NCBI GenBank assembly: GCA_032718475.1
Contig: JAUCBJ010001713.1
Coordinates: 1-64,000 of the forward strand
Length of the DNA: 64,000 bases
Direction of reading: 5' to 3'
Source of the DNA: Nemertoderma westbladi
Lineage: Eukaryota; Animalia; Xenacoelomorpha
Made by a program: the position numbers and the translations under genes. Below are positions 13,325 to 26,421 of the stretch, piece after piece. The notes under the pieces were generated by a model. That model searched no databases and was not told the DNA's origin. It saw only the letters and a program-made list of their open reading frames with translations. The number at the start of each line of letters is the position of its first letter. Position 1 is the stretch's first letter.

Positions 13325-14844
13325 ATTCACGCAGTAGGATAATTTGGACATAATATTATTGTGTTTCATTTTATGTAAAGAAAGTAAAGTAAATAACTTT
13401 ATTCTGTACCCTAGGAAGAACTGCTATAGTTTGAAGCTCGTAACATAATAACCTAACGTAACACGTCCGTGGGGCCTTCGCGCAGCACGAGGCTCACTTA
13501 TGAGATACAAATTTCAATTAAATTTATTCTAGCTTTCTCACTGAACACTAGTCCTATGGTGTTGACGCGAAGGTGGAGAAAGTGATTACAAACTATTTTG
13601 TTCAAGTTGCGTGGCGCGATGGTGGATCTACTGAAAGAACATGTTAGTATAATTACAGTATATTACTGTATAATGTATAGATAATGATATATGTGTATAT
13701 ATAATGAAAGATTAGTTTTGTATTAGATAAATAATAGTGGTGAGGATTTGTGTGTTAAATATTATGTATGTGGGTTGGTTTAGATTTGAGTATTTATAAC
13801 ATAATTTTCTTAACGTATATGACGGAATACCATTTCGCTGTGAACTTAATATTATGGTAATCCAATAATGTAATCAATGTAATCTTAATTAATGTAATCT
13901 TAATTACTTTACAGTGCTAGAAAAGTTGGAGGAGCCGAGGAGTGTATCGCAATCGAAAAGATAGAAAACGAAATAGAGACTGGAATTTAACTTTTGATTT
14001 GACTTATAAGAACTTATACTGTATAGGCCTACATGTGCATAAAATAGGTCAACCTTTATTTATATCAAATTTTAATTGTTTGTATCTTGTAATATCTTTT
14101 CAATTAATAATAAAATTGTAATAGATTGTCCTATTAGGTATCGGAACGTTCTGTGTTTTTATACCTACGAGGTTAGCACTACATTGGGGATTAAACAGAC
14201 ATTCTGGTAAATTATTGTTGTTAGATATATTTGCTATAAGATAATAAGATAAAAGCATTGCGTCTTGGATTGGTGGGTTTCATTTCCATATTTTCAACGG
14301 GTGTACACTGTACAGTACACATAATGCTAATATTATTATTCATATTATGATTATAATATTAATAAATAGCGTTTTTACCCATTGTTATTCTGTATTATTA
14401 TAAAACAAACCGCACCAATTTTGTTCAGGTGTATTAAGTTATTGCATTTATAGAAATAACCGTGTTTATATGGAAACTCTATGTAGGCCTATTACGAAAT
14501 ACCATGCATTTAATAACATTAAAATCATAATGTTTTAGTATTGATGTACTAATGTTAGAATAATAATGAGAAAATAGTGAGAAACTAAATCAGGAATGCT
14601 ATGAGAATGCTATGAAATAATTCCAATATTAGCTTAATGTTAGAATAACATTAGAATGTTAAGGGTGGGAAACCCACTAACTATTAGAATTCCAATGTTA
14701 AAATAACACTGATTAATATTGGTTACCGAATACTGCCGAAAGTGCACTTTTATTGCACAGGGTCCGAGCGCTTTGCCAAAAAAATATTAAAACTGGCATT
14801 AGTTTAACATTTGAATTTTAATATTTTATCTATCTATCTATCTA

Positions 14845-16944
14845 TCTATACATATAAATATCCTCTGTCTGTCTGTGAGTCTGTGAGTCTGTGAGTCTAT
14901 GAGTCTGTGAGTCTGTCCAAGCTATACGCTCCGACACACATGCACCAATCTGAGCAAATGATACATCGATCGAAAGCTCTCGTCCTGAGCACGTAAACTA
15001 TCGCAATCTCGAGGCTAATTTTACGCGTTTGCTTGCGTGAATGCGTATTTTGTGTTCGTTCGGGCGAAATGTATCGAATTATTTCGGTTCTTCTATCGGT
15101 AATTAATTATTTAGAGGGGTAACATTTATCCCATCTGGTATCAAATTAACATGAGTAGATTCGCCATGTCCCATTCTCACAAAGTATTTATTTTATTCGA
15201 GTGTTTAATATAAATATGTATGATTATTTATTGATTAAAAATCAAATAGTGTATAAATATGTCATATTCGCCAAGCACGATCGAATTGGCCTATTCTTAG
15301 TGCTGTAGTGAATAGGGAAGGATTTTTTTCTGTATCATAGCAACGTTAAGGTAATTATTGAAATCGCAGCTAGCTGGCTGGGCACAGATAAGGAGCAAGC
15401 AGGCTGGAGTGTTGATTGGGGTGGGGTGGGTTTGGGTTGTCTGTTGCGAATTGCTCAGAGTAATTCTGCTTTCTCAATCATTGGCTGCATGGAAGGAGAG
15501 GTTTATAACATTTTTGTTTTACTGTTATGAATATTAAAAGTAAAATAATTATTTCTGTAGGCCTATACTTACTGTATTATTATTTTATCTAATATTATAC
15601 ATCTAATCTCGATGAAATCTCGCTTACTATAGCTCGTTAGATAGGTCTCGCCCTAACTCGTTGCAACGTAATACTCAGAGCCGTCTGAAGTTCCCCCATC
15701 TGCCGCTAGAGGGCGAATTGTCCGATAGTGAAAACCTGATCTCATTGGGTTGTTTTTAATGCTTTTAGCTGAAACTTGGTAGCTATATACTGCAGCATAG
15801 GCTGTATATTTCCGGAGTCACTGAGTTGTCCACAGTTCCCCAGTCTACCGTTAGAGGGCTAAATGTCTGAGAGTTAACATCTTCTCCAACTTTGTTATTT
15901 ATAATCCATTTAGACTGAACTTGGTAGGCATCTACTACAGCATAGGCTATATCTTTACTGAGTCGCGCAGAGTTGTCTACATTACCCGCGTCTGCCGCTA
16001 GAGGGCGAAATGTATGAAAGTTAACATCTCCTCCAACTTTGTTATTTACAATCCTTTTAGACTGAAACTTGGTAGGCATCTACTACAGCATAGGCTACCT
16101 TTACGGAGTTACAGAGTTGTATACAGTCCCCCCATCTGCCGCTAGAGGGCGACATATCTGATAGTGAACACCTCATCCCATTTGGTTCTTTTTAATCATT
16201 TTGAGCTGAAACTTGGTTGGTATCTACTACATCATAGGCTGTATCTTTACGGGGTTGCAGAATCCTATTCACTTCCCCAGTCTACCGCTAGAGGGTGAAA
16301 TGTCTGAAAGTTAACATCTTCTCCAACTTTGTTATTTACTAACGGTTTAGACTGAAACTTGGTAGGCATCTACTACAGCATAGGCTGTACCTTTACGGAG
16401 TCACAGAGTTGTATACAGCCCCCCCATCTGCCGCTAGAGGGCGACATATCTGATAGTGAACACCTCATCCCATTTGGTTCTTTTTAATCCTATTGAGCTG
16501 GAACTTGGCAAGAATCTACTACAGCATATTCTGTATCTTTACGGAGTCCCAGAGTCGTCCACAGTTCTTCAGTCTACCGCTAGAGGGTGAAATGTCTGAA
16601 TGTGAACATCTACATCAATTTTGTTATTGACAATCTGTTTAAGCTGAAACTTGAAAGGCAGGCATTTTACTTCACCATAAACCCCATCTTTACCAAACTG
16701 CAGCGCCGTCTGCATTTCACCAGTCCGCAGGTAGAGGGTGGATCTGAAAGTGATCATTTTCTGGAAATTTTGTTATTTACAATCTGCCTAAAGTTGAAAC
16801 TTGACAGTTATCTCTTATGGGGGTGGTGTTTTATTTAATGATGGTGTCTGTTCCGTATGCAGTTCTCAAATCTCCCACACATATTCATATATCATCTGCA
16901 CGTGCACTAGAAAGCTGTGGCCCGAAGGGCCACAGGCTTTCTAG
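14845..16944 (+). mobile_element. Non-autonomous Helitron with internal tandem repeats
   Basis: 5' TC (TCTATACATATAAATATCC plus TCTG/TGAG microsatellite), 3' GC-rich hairpin GTGGCCCGAAGGGCCAC then CTAG; ~120-bp subunits at 15690-16800. Confidence 0.85.
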
Positions 16945-18595
16945 TCTATCTATATAAATATCCTCTGTCTGTCTGTGAGTCTGTGAGTCTATGAGTCTGT
17001 GAGTCTGTCCAAGCTATACGCTCCGACACACGAGCACCAATCTGAGCGAATGATACATCGATCGAAAGCTCTCGTCCCGAGCACGTAAACTATCGCTATC
17101 TCGAGGCTTATTTTACGCGTATGCTTGCGTGAATGCGTATTTTGTATTCGCTGCAACATGTTGTGTGATAAAATCTCAAAGTGATTCGAATATTCCTTTT
17201 GGCAGTACAGGCCTGGCAAAGCTGAGAGTTAGTTAGCAAGGCAGCTAGCTACTTGCAGACCAATCATAGGTGGCCTGCAGCAGGCTGGGTTGGTTAAGTA
17301 GTAATCTCAATAAATAGGACCCAGCAGGAGAGTGGAGTGGATCTACTGTGATTGGTTCTTGACTTACATTGGTAAGAACAAGCAGTAAATCTTAGATTAG
17401 CTTTTTTTCAGTTCACATATTGTTTATAATCATAAACACAAAATGATTCAATTATTCATTTTTGCAATGTACCGGATGGGTGCTAGCGAGGTAGGCCTAG
17501 CAGGTCGTCAGTCCGTCATCCTACAAGTTGGATCTTGACTCTATCATGTGCGTGCACCTATATAATGCAGACCATCCTCAGCCCGTGAACATGAATTGTA
17601 AAGGCTATCTCGAGGCTGATTTTTTACACATTTACTTGATACTTGCATGAATGCGTCTTTGAGGTAAAATTGCATTATTCTGCAGTTGTTTTGTTATCGG
17701 AGAAATTACTGATCAGCAAGCAGGAAATTATAACAGCATCATCGTAACCACTCTGCTGACACTTTGCAGAATAAATTCTACCTGACCATAGCTGCGTGTT
17801 GGGAGGACGCCGACCAGTTTGCGGTTCTTCAGTCTGCCACTAGGAGGCGAAATGTCTGAAAGTGAAAATCTTATCCTATTTTGTTATTAATAATGATTTT
17901 TAGCTGATACTTAGGTCCTTTACACAATATGTTTATAATGTTTTTTGCTGATACCAAGCAGAGTATACTACACCGTAGGGTGTGTATTTGGGCTTGGGGA
18001 GACGATGACTAATCTACAGTTCCCCATTCTGCCGCTATTAGGTGATGAAATGTCTGAATGAGGAAACCTACAATTTTGTTATTTATGAATGCTTTTTTGC
18101 TGATACTTGGCACTTGGCAGAGGACTACTACACCATAGTCGTCATGTTTGGGGAGGACGCTAACCAGTGCATAATTATGCAGTCTGCCACTAGGGGGCGA
18201 AATGTATGAAATTAAAACCTTCCATTTTAATACGATAGAGTTGCTGCAGTGACCTACTGCACTATAGATTATGTTTGCGAGGACGCTAACCACTACTCTG
18301 CAGTTATACAGTTTTCCACTAAGGGGAAAATATTACACACAGTTTAAACCTTTTCACATTTTATTATTTGTAATCCATTGGAGGTGTTACTTGGAAGGTA
18401 TCTACTACAACATAAAGCCTTATGTTTATTATTGTATGTAGCTGCAACTAAAACGGGATCAGTCTGTTAGTCATATGTAAAGTTTTGTTAAGTTAATTAA
18501 TTAATTTATTTATGTTTGATATTGTCCATTGATTGATTGATTGTATAGAAGCTTGTGAACTAGAAAGCCGTGGCCGAAGGCCACGGGCTTTCTAG
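16945..18595 (+). mobile_element. Second non-autonomous Helitron, head-to-tail with the first
   Basis: Same ~200-bp 5' end begins immediately after CTAG; 3' end is CTAGAAAGCCGTGGCCGAAGGCCACGGGCTTTCTAG followed by T. Confidence 0.85.
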
Positions 18596-18622
18596 TTATT
18601 TGAATAAAGATGTTAATAAACA

Positions 18623-18900
18623 TTATTTTAATGTTGCTATGGTTTGCAGGGTACCATTAAATAGCAAATATACGGTGGAGTTACTGGCATATCGCCCAAT
18701 ACATAACAAACCCCTTAGGAGCCTCCTATAATGAATTTCCAGGATTTCAATCTGCGATTGGGATAGGGCACCAAGAAGGAATTTAAGTCTATATAAAATC
18801 AAGGGCACGCCTACAGCCTTCCACAATCTAACCACTGTCTTGCAGTCCAACCACTTAACAGTCCATGATTTCCTGCGGAAAATGGCATGGACCAATGGCA
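18623..18900 (-). pseudogene. Non-LTR retrotransposon ORF2 C-terminal remnant
   Basis: VRLWKAVGVPLILY...SQIEILEIHYRRLLRGLLCIGRYASNSTVY resembles the post-RT region of LINE ORF2. Confidence 0.55.
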
Positions 18901-19399
18901 TGGTTGTACGGGTATCACTAGTTCATTTCCAACCATGGCGGACGATTTATTATTAACCTCCATACATTCGGCGACAGACCAACCAACAGACAGACAGCAG
19001 TTGAAACACTGGTTGTATGCTAAGCTCGTAAACAATTTACTCTGCTCTGCTGCTGAAACTGCAGCACAATACTACAGTATGTAGGAGGCCTACAGGTAGG
19101 CCTACAGTAACTGTTGAACATAGTACGTATTGCAGAATACTGATTTACATGATTTGAGTGTTGTGCTGGCGAGTGTTCTCCCCACTCCCACATGTTTGAC
19201 TGTTTTCCTGTGACATGCCAGCGATATGTGGAGCCGCAGAATTACTTTTAGGACTGCGATTTAATGTTATTGAAATTGTTTGTGGCCATTTTTGACTGTG
19301 GTGTAGGCCTACTGTTTCACAGTTTTTAGGTGTTTTCACAAATTCCACCTATCATGAAGTTGCAACTTGCCAGCATTGGCTTACAGATACCATTACTTC

Positions 19400-19611
19400 T
19401 GTCGGTTGGTGTCTGTTTGTCTATGTATCGGTCTGCGTGTCTGTTTGTCTATCTATCGGTCTGCGTGTCTGTTTGTCTATCTATCGGTCTGCGTGTCTGT
19501 ATGTCTATCTATCGGTCTGTTTGTCTATCTATCGGTCTGCGTGTCTGTTTGTCTATCTATCGGTCTGTTTGTCTATCTATCGGTCTGCGTGTCTGTTTGT
19601 CTATCTATCTA
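19400..19611. repeat. Short array of the 28/20-bp satellite (CTGCGTGTCTGTTTGTCTATCTATCGGT)
   Basis: Tandem units directly visible. Confidence 0.95.
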
Positions 19612-20166
19612 TATTTTTATTTATATATCTATCTATATTAATAAACATAACATACAGCTAGTCATTATTCATTCAGACATACCGTATCTGTAGCATAGAC
19701 GTAGGACCACAGTACGTCGTATGTAATAAAGTAGAACGTAGTACATAAATACAAGGACTAGGCCTACTGATGTAGTCTTCAATATTCTTTCTATAATTCA
19801 TATTGTAACATTTGAGTAATTTCAAAAAATGTACACTTTACTTGACAACAAAAATTTACATGCAGTGTTTCTTAAGTAGTTGTTTCGTAATGTTACAGTT
19901 TTGGAATAAAACAACGTACCTACTGTAGTACAGTATTTACAGTATAAATAGTAAATAATTAATAAACTAATAACTTACTGTAGGACTATTGTACCTATTT
20001 TTACATTGCACACGGAGATGAGATTTAACTGCTGATTTAAAAGAATGTTGATTATCTAGGTTTTTAATTTCATTAGGCAGAGCGTTCCAATTTTTAATGC
20101 CGTTAAAAAAGAAAGCATCAGATTCAAAGGATTTACAATTCGGGAGGTAGAAGTTTGAAGCACTAG

Positions 20167-21114
20167 CTAGCTGGTACTGTAAGAGTGTGTATCGCGTACT
20201 CTGTTGAATTTTTGTTTTAGGTTATTATTGGGACATTTAACATTATACACTTTATGCACATGGTTAAGGCGTAGCTGCTTAACTCTACTATCTAAGTTAA
20301 GTAGTCCAGATTCAGAAAAGTCATCTGGAGTTAGGTGGTGCCTAGGTTTGTAGTCTTTAATAAATCGTACTACTTTATTCTGAGCTACTTGTAATTTACA
20401 TTTAAGCTGTTTGGTTAAGCCTTCATACCAAGAAGAGCACGCATAGTCCATGTGACACTGTATTAAAGAAGAGCAAAGTAACTTGCGGGAGTCGGTGTTC
20501 AAACTATTTTTATTTATGTATAGAAACCTAAGCCTACTGTTAACTTTCGAGAAAATATTTTTCACTGTACTTTCTCCTGATAAGCAGTTATCCAATGTGG
20601 CGCCTAAATATTTAACTTCCTTTTTATTTTCAATCTTATGTCCATTACTAGTGACTTCATCAAACTTAGTTACCTTCTTTAACTTTCTTTTGGAACCAAA
20701 CAAAATACTTTCAGTCTTACCGTAGTGAATGGATAGCTTATTTTCAACCAACCACTCATTACAGGATTCTAGAACTGCACTTAACTTTTGGGAAATATGG
20801 ATAGGATCTTTATGAGAGAAAATAAGAGCACTGTCGTCGGCATATAAAATGAGTTTAAAATCGGGATCTATACTACTTATCATATCATTTACATAACATA
20901 CAAAAAGCAGAGGACCTAATATACTACCTTGCAGTACACCACAGGTAATCTCTTGTACAGTAGACTGCGATTTGCTAATGACTACAGTTTGACCTCTGTC
21001 TGACAGGTAGGACTTGAACCAGTCTATAGAACCTACACCCATCAGGCCTAACTTACCGAGCAGAATTTCGTGATCTACAGTATCGAAAGCCTTTTGTAGG
21101 TCCAACATTACCAT
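20167..21114 (-). pseudogene. Reverse transcriptase domain of the L2/Crack LINE
   Basis: 315-aa ORF with canonical non-LTR RT motifs; part of a disrupted ORF2. Confidence 0.9.
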
Positions 21115-21312
21115 ACCAGTATATAAACCCTTTGCGTTATTACATCTAATTGTATCAGTTAAGTTAATAAGGCAGGTGTCTGTAGAATATGATTTTCGAA
21201 AACCGGACTGAAGTTCATAGATCAGATTTAGCCTACTAAGATGTGCCTCCAGCTGTAGATAAACAGAACGTTCTAGAATTTTAGATACAATACTTAAGAT
21301 ACTAACAGGTCT

Positions 21313-22959
21313 GTGGGGCGAGCCACGAAGTGAGTGAGCCTTAGCGTAGGGGTACCATTAATCAACCTGTGGGGCGAGCCACAAAGTGTGTGCGCCTTAG
21401 CGTAGGGGTACCATTAATCAACCTGTCGTTCTGTCGCGTTTTTTTTTCAGTATTTTATTTTAAACGTTAATAACTCGGCCAATCCTTGATGAAATCTATC
21501 CAAACTTGGTACACATGTTGTTTGGCAAAAGTTTGAAAATTTTCCAAGTAGAATTTGCGTGGGGCCTTCGTGCAGCATCAGTGTAACTGCTATCGCAGTT
21601 ATAATAAATTTATTTATCCAAATTTAAAATGCGTTAAATTATTATTACTGTAGGATAAATCAGCTGGGTTTCTGACAAATTTTGCAATACATTGGGGCTG
21701 TCTGCCAATCTGCATGTACCATGTGTACCGGTACTGTCAGGCTGTACTCAATCCCTGAATCGAGAATCCTGCAATCAGTCAATACTGCAATACTGGTCAG
21801 CCGGTATCATACACTGCAGACATGCCATATCATGTAATCTAATTAAACATGGCCCCGGCAACCCTTGCCGGGGCATTCATTATAGTTTAGGCCTAATTAG
21901 CCCAGTACGGGCACCGGTAATAATAATATAATAGTTTAGATAGTTACCGCTAATCATTCAGTCATTGGCACGGTACACCGTATTGCTGTACTGCCGTTGT
22001 AGTGCGCACCGTAGGTACCACCCTACTACCGGTACCGGCTGACCGGTGGCAACTAGCACTTGCACAGCAACAGCACTACCGGCGATACACAGGTTGGAAT
22101 TTATGTAGAGTTTGCTCAACAGTACAGATATAAAATAGTTATCTAAATTATATATATTACTATTGACAAGTATTGAAATATATACCGTTATTCGTGTTAT
22201 CAGTATTTGCAACATCTGACATTGGAGAGGTGAGAGAAGATGAATACCGGCACTCATCAAAACCAACGCTTATCACAGGTCGGTATGGTTACCGCGACTG
22301 TCCACTCGAATACAACTTCAAAACACAAACGCCAACAATAAACTGAAAGCGAATCGAACGTCTTCAGAAGAATCTGTCATTGGGACGAAGAAAAGGAAGC
22401 CGAAACCACGGGAATGGACCACAGCTAAGATTGAATGCTCCCATTGTCAGAGTTCCTGGACCGAAATTGAAACACCAATTGCCGATGGGCTTGATCTCTC
22501 AAACCAAAACTTCCTCTGCGGGGTTTGCGCGGCAGTGAAGATTGAAAGTCTGGAAGCTGGCATCCCTAGGTATTATTATTATAAAGAGCGTCAGCCTGCG
22601 TTTAATAAATATATTTTAATACAAAACAGGTCGAACGCAAAGAGGCTTATAATGAAGACGAGTACTGCATTGATTATATTCCTATAAACCACCTGGCTTT
22701 GCATATTGAACGTGCGTTTGGAAATAACTTCGTGCTACCCTTCCGTGAGTGGTAGATGTCGCGGTTATGTATTGGTACGGGTGGGGGGAGGGGGGGGGGG
22801 GGTGCAGATTAAAAGGGGTGAACACGTACTGTCCCCCTTTCTTTGATTAATTGGTGGTGTGGGTTAATCTCTCATAACCTGATTTTGTGATACAGTCGCA
22901 CAATTTTAATTTGTATCTCATAACTGGGCCTCGTGCTGCGCGGAGGCCTCACGAACGTG
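21313..22959. mobile_element. Large HINE-like element (same family, opposite orientation) inserted in the LINE ORF2
   Basis: Ends GTGGGGCGAGCC (21313, duplicated at ~21368) and CGTGCTGCGCGGAGGCCTCACGAACGT (~22959); its removal restores the NYRPVS reading frame. Confidence 0.75.
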
Positions 22960-23539
22960 TAATTACAGGGTTCTACTTTACTATTCTTTTTATACAGAGA
23001 AACAACCTTAGCTAATTTCAGTTCGTCTGGTACTACATTATCTACGATAGAGTAATTAATAATAAAAGTAATGGGCACTTTAAGTACTTCAGCACCATCC
23101 TTAAGAAAACGGGCAGGTATTAGGTCTAGACCGGTACTTTTTGAGGCTGATAGGCTAAGTAGATTTTGAAAAACGAAATCCTCAGAAACGGGTTTTAAAA
23201 ATAACTTTTCTGAATTTTGTAACTTTTCTAAATAAAAATTATTTAGAGTTTCGGACCCTATACTATATTTATTACTTGATAACGGTAACTTCTTAACTAA
23301 ATTAGAGGCAACATTAGTAAAATAATTATTAAATAAATTACTAACTAGAGTATGATCATGAATCAGCTCACCGTTATCTTGCAGAACAATATTCGATTTA
23401 GATTTAAGGTTTTTATAACCTAAAGATTTTAGGGTAGACCATAGACTTTTAGGATTATCTTTATTCTCACTTATTTTGTTCTACAAATATTCAGATTTAG
23501 CTTTTTTTATTTCCCGTTGGACAAGGTTTCTATATTTTG

Positions 23540-26421
23540 CCTGCGTGTCTGTTTGTCTAACTAGCGGTCTGCGTGTCTGTTTGTCTATCTATCGGTCTGT
23601 TTGTCTATCTATCGGTCTGCGTGTCTGTTTGTCTATCTATCGGTCTGTTTGTCTATCTATCGGTCTGCGTGTCTGTTTGTCTATCTATCTGTCTGCGTGT
23701 CTGTTTGTCTATCTATCGGTCTGCGTGTCTGTTTGTCTATCTATCGGTCTGTTTGTCTATCTATCGGTCTGCGTGTCTGTTTGTCTATCTATCGGTCTGT
23801 TTGTCTATCTATCGGTCTGCGTGTCTGTTTGTCTATCTATCGGTCTGTTTGTCTATCTATCGGTCTGTTTGTCTATCTATCGGTCTGTTTGTCTATCTAT
23901 CGGTCTGCGTGTCTGTTTGTCTATCTATCGGTCTGTTTGTCTATCTATCGGTCTGTTTGTCTATCTATCAGTCTGCGTGTCTGTTTGTCTATATCGGTCT
24001 GCGTGTCTGTTTGTCTATCTATCTGTCTGCGTGTCTGTTTGTCTATCTATCGGTCTGCGTGTCTGTTTGTCTATCTATCGGTCTGTTTGTCTATCTATCG
24101 GTCTGCGTGTCTGTTTGTCTATCTATCGGTCTGCGTGTCTGTTTGTCTATCTATCGGTCTGCGTGTCTGTTTGTCTATCTATCGGTCTGTTTGTCTATCT
24201 ATCGGTCTGCGTGTCTGTTTGTCTATCTATCGGTCTGCGTGTCTGTTTGTCTATCTATCGGTCTGCGTGTCTGTTTGTCTATCTATCGGTCTGTTTGTCT
24301 ATCTATCGGTCTGTTTGTCTATCTGTCGGTCTGCGTGTCTGTTTGTCTATCTATCGGTCTGTTTGTCTATCTATCGGTCTGCGTCTCTGTTTGTCTATCT
24401 AACGGTCTGCGTGACTGTTGGTCTATCTATCGGTCTGTTTGTCTATCTATTGGTCTGTTTGTCTATGTATCGGTCTGTTTGTCTATCTATCGGTCTGTTT
24501 GTCTATCTATCGGTCTGCGTGTCTGTTTGTCTATCTATCGGTCTGTTTGTCTATCTATCGGTCTGCGTGTCTGTTTGTCTATCTATCGGTGTGCGTGTCT
24601 ATTTGTCTATCTATCGGTCTGTTTGTCTATCTATTGGTCTGTTTGTCTATCTATCGGTCTGTTTGTCTATCTATCGGTCTGTTTGTCTATCTATCGGTCT
24701 GCGTGTCTGTTTGTCTATCTATCGGTCTGTTTGTCTATCTATCGGTCTGTGTGTCTGTTTGTCTATCTATCGGTCTGTTTGTCTATCTATCGGTCTGTTT
24801 GTCTATCTATCAGTCTGTTTGTCTATCTATCGGTCTGTTTGTCTATCTATCGGTCTGCGTCTCTGTTTGTCTATCTAACGGTCTGCGTGACTGTTTGTCT
24901 ATCTATCGGTCTGTTTGTCTATCTATCGGTCTGTTTGTCTATCTATCGGTCTGCGTGTCTGTTTGTCTATCTATCGGTCTGTTTGTCTATCTATCGGTCT
25001 GGTGTCTGTTTGTCTATCTAACGGTCTGCGTGTCTGTTTGTCTATCTATCGGTCTGTTTGTCTATCTATCGGTCTGCGTGTCTGTTTGTCTATCTCTCGG
25101 TCTGTTTGTCTATCTTTCGGTCTGTTTGTCTATCTATCGGTCTGCGTGTCTGTTTGTCTATCTATCGGTCTGCGTGTCTGTTTGTCTATCTATCGGTCTG
25201 TGTGTCTGTTTGTCTATCTATCGGTCTGCGTGTCTGTTTGTCTATCTATCGGTCTGTGTGTCTATCTATCGGTCTGCGTGTCTGTTTGTCTATCTATCGG
25301 TCTGCGTGTCTGTTTGTCTATCTATCGGTCTGCGTGTCCTTTTTGTCTATCTATCGGTCTGCGTGTCCTTTTTGTCTATCTATCGGTCTGTTTGTCTATC
25401 TATCGGTCTGTTTGTCTATCTATCGGTCTGTGTGTCTGTTTGTCTATCTATCGGTCTGCGTGTCTGTTTGTCTATCTATCGGTCTGCGTGTCTGTTTGTC
25501 TATCTATCTGTCTGCGTGTCTGTTTGTCTATCTATCGGTCTCCGTGTCTGTTTGTCTATCTATCGGTCTGTTTGTCTATCTATCGGTCTGCGTGTCTGTT
25601 TGTCTATCTATCTATCTATCGGTATGCGTGTCTGTTTGTCTATCTATCGGTGTGCGTGTCTATTTGTCTATCTATCGGTCTGTTTGTCTATCTATTGGTC
25701 TGTTTGTCTATCTATCGGTCTGTTTGTCTATCTATCGGTCTGCGTGTCTGTTTGTCCATCTATCGGTCTGCGTGTCTGTTTGTCTATCTATCGGTCTGTT
25801 TGTCTATCTATCGGTCTGTTTGTCTATCTATCGGTCTGTTTGTCTATCTATCGGTCTGCGTGTCTGTTTGTCTATCTATCGGTCTGCGTGTCTGTTTGTC
25901 TATCTATCGGTCTGCGTGTCTGTTTGTCTATCTATCGGTCTGCGTGTCTGTTTGTCTATCTATCGGTCTGTTTGTCTATCTATCGGTCTGCGTGTCTGTG
26001 TTTCTATCTATCGGTCTGCGTGTCTGTTTGTCTATCTATCGGTCTGCGTGTCTGTTTGTCTATCTATCGGTCTGTTTGTCCATCTATCGGTCTGAGTGTC
26101 TGTTTGTCTATCTATCGGTCTGCGTGTCTGTTTGTCTATCTATCGGTCGGTTTGTCTATCTATCGGTGTGCGTGTCTATTTGTCTATCTATCGATCTGTT
26201 TGTCTATCTATCGGTCTGCGTGTCTGTTTGTCTATCTATCGGTCTGCGTGTCTGTTTGTCTATCTATCGGTCTGCGTGTCTGTTTGTCTATATCGGTATG
26301 CGTGTCTGTTTATCTATCTATCTGTCTGCGTGTCTGTTTGTCTATCTATCGGTCTGCGTGTCTGTTTGTCTATCTCTCGGTCTGTTTGTCTATCTATCGG
26401 TCTGTTTGTCTATCTATCGGT
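23540..26421. repeat. Main 28/20-bp satellite array (~2.9 kb)
   Basis: Interspersed 28-mers and 20-mers (lacking GCGTGTCT); the long ORFs here are artefacts. Confidence 0.97.

Larger units (their letters stand above)
19850..23540 (-). mobile_element. L2/CR1-group (Crack-like) LINE, 5'-truncated ORF2, interrupted by an insertion at 21313-22959
   Basis: RT motifs [33 protein letters not shown]; upstream KSTGLDLIP..FLK..PDELKLAKV..KK....CNY|[14 protein letters not shown] is split by the insertion; 3' boundary approximate. Confidence 0.9.

Noticed and set aside
15783-16079. 98-aa ORF with an internal repeat
   Set aside because: Translation of Helitron internal tandem repeats
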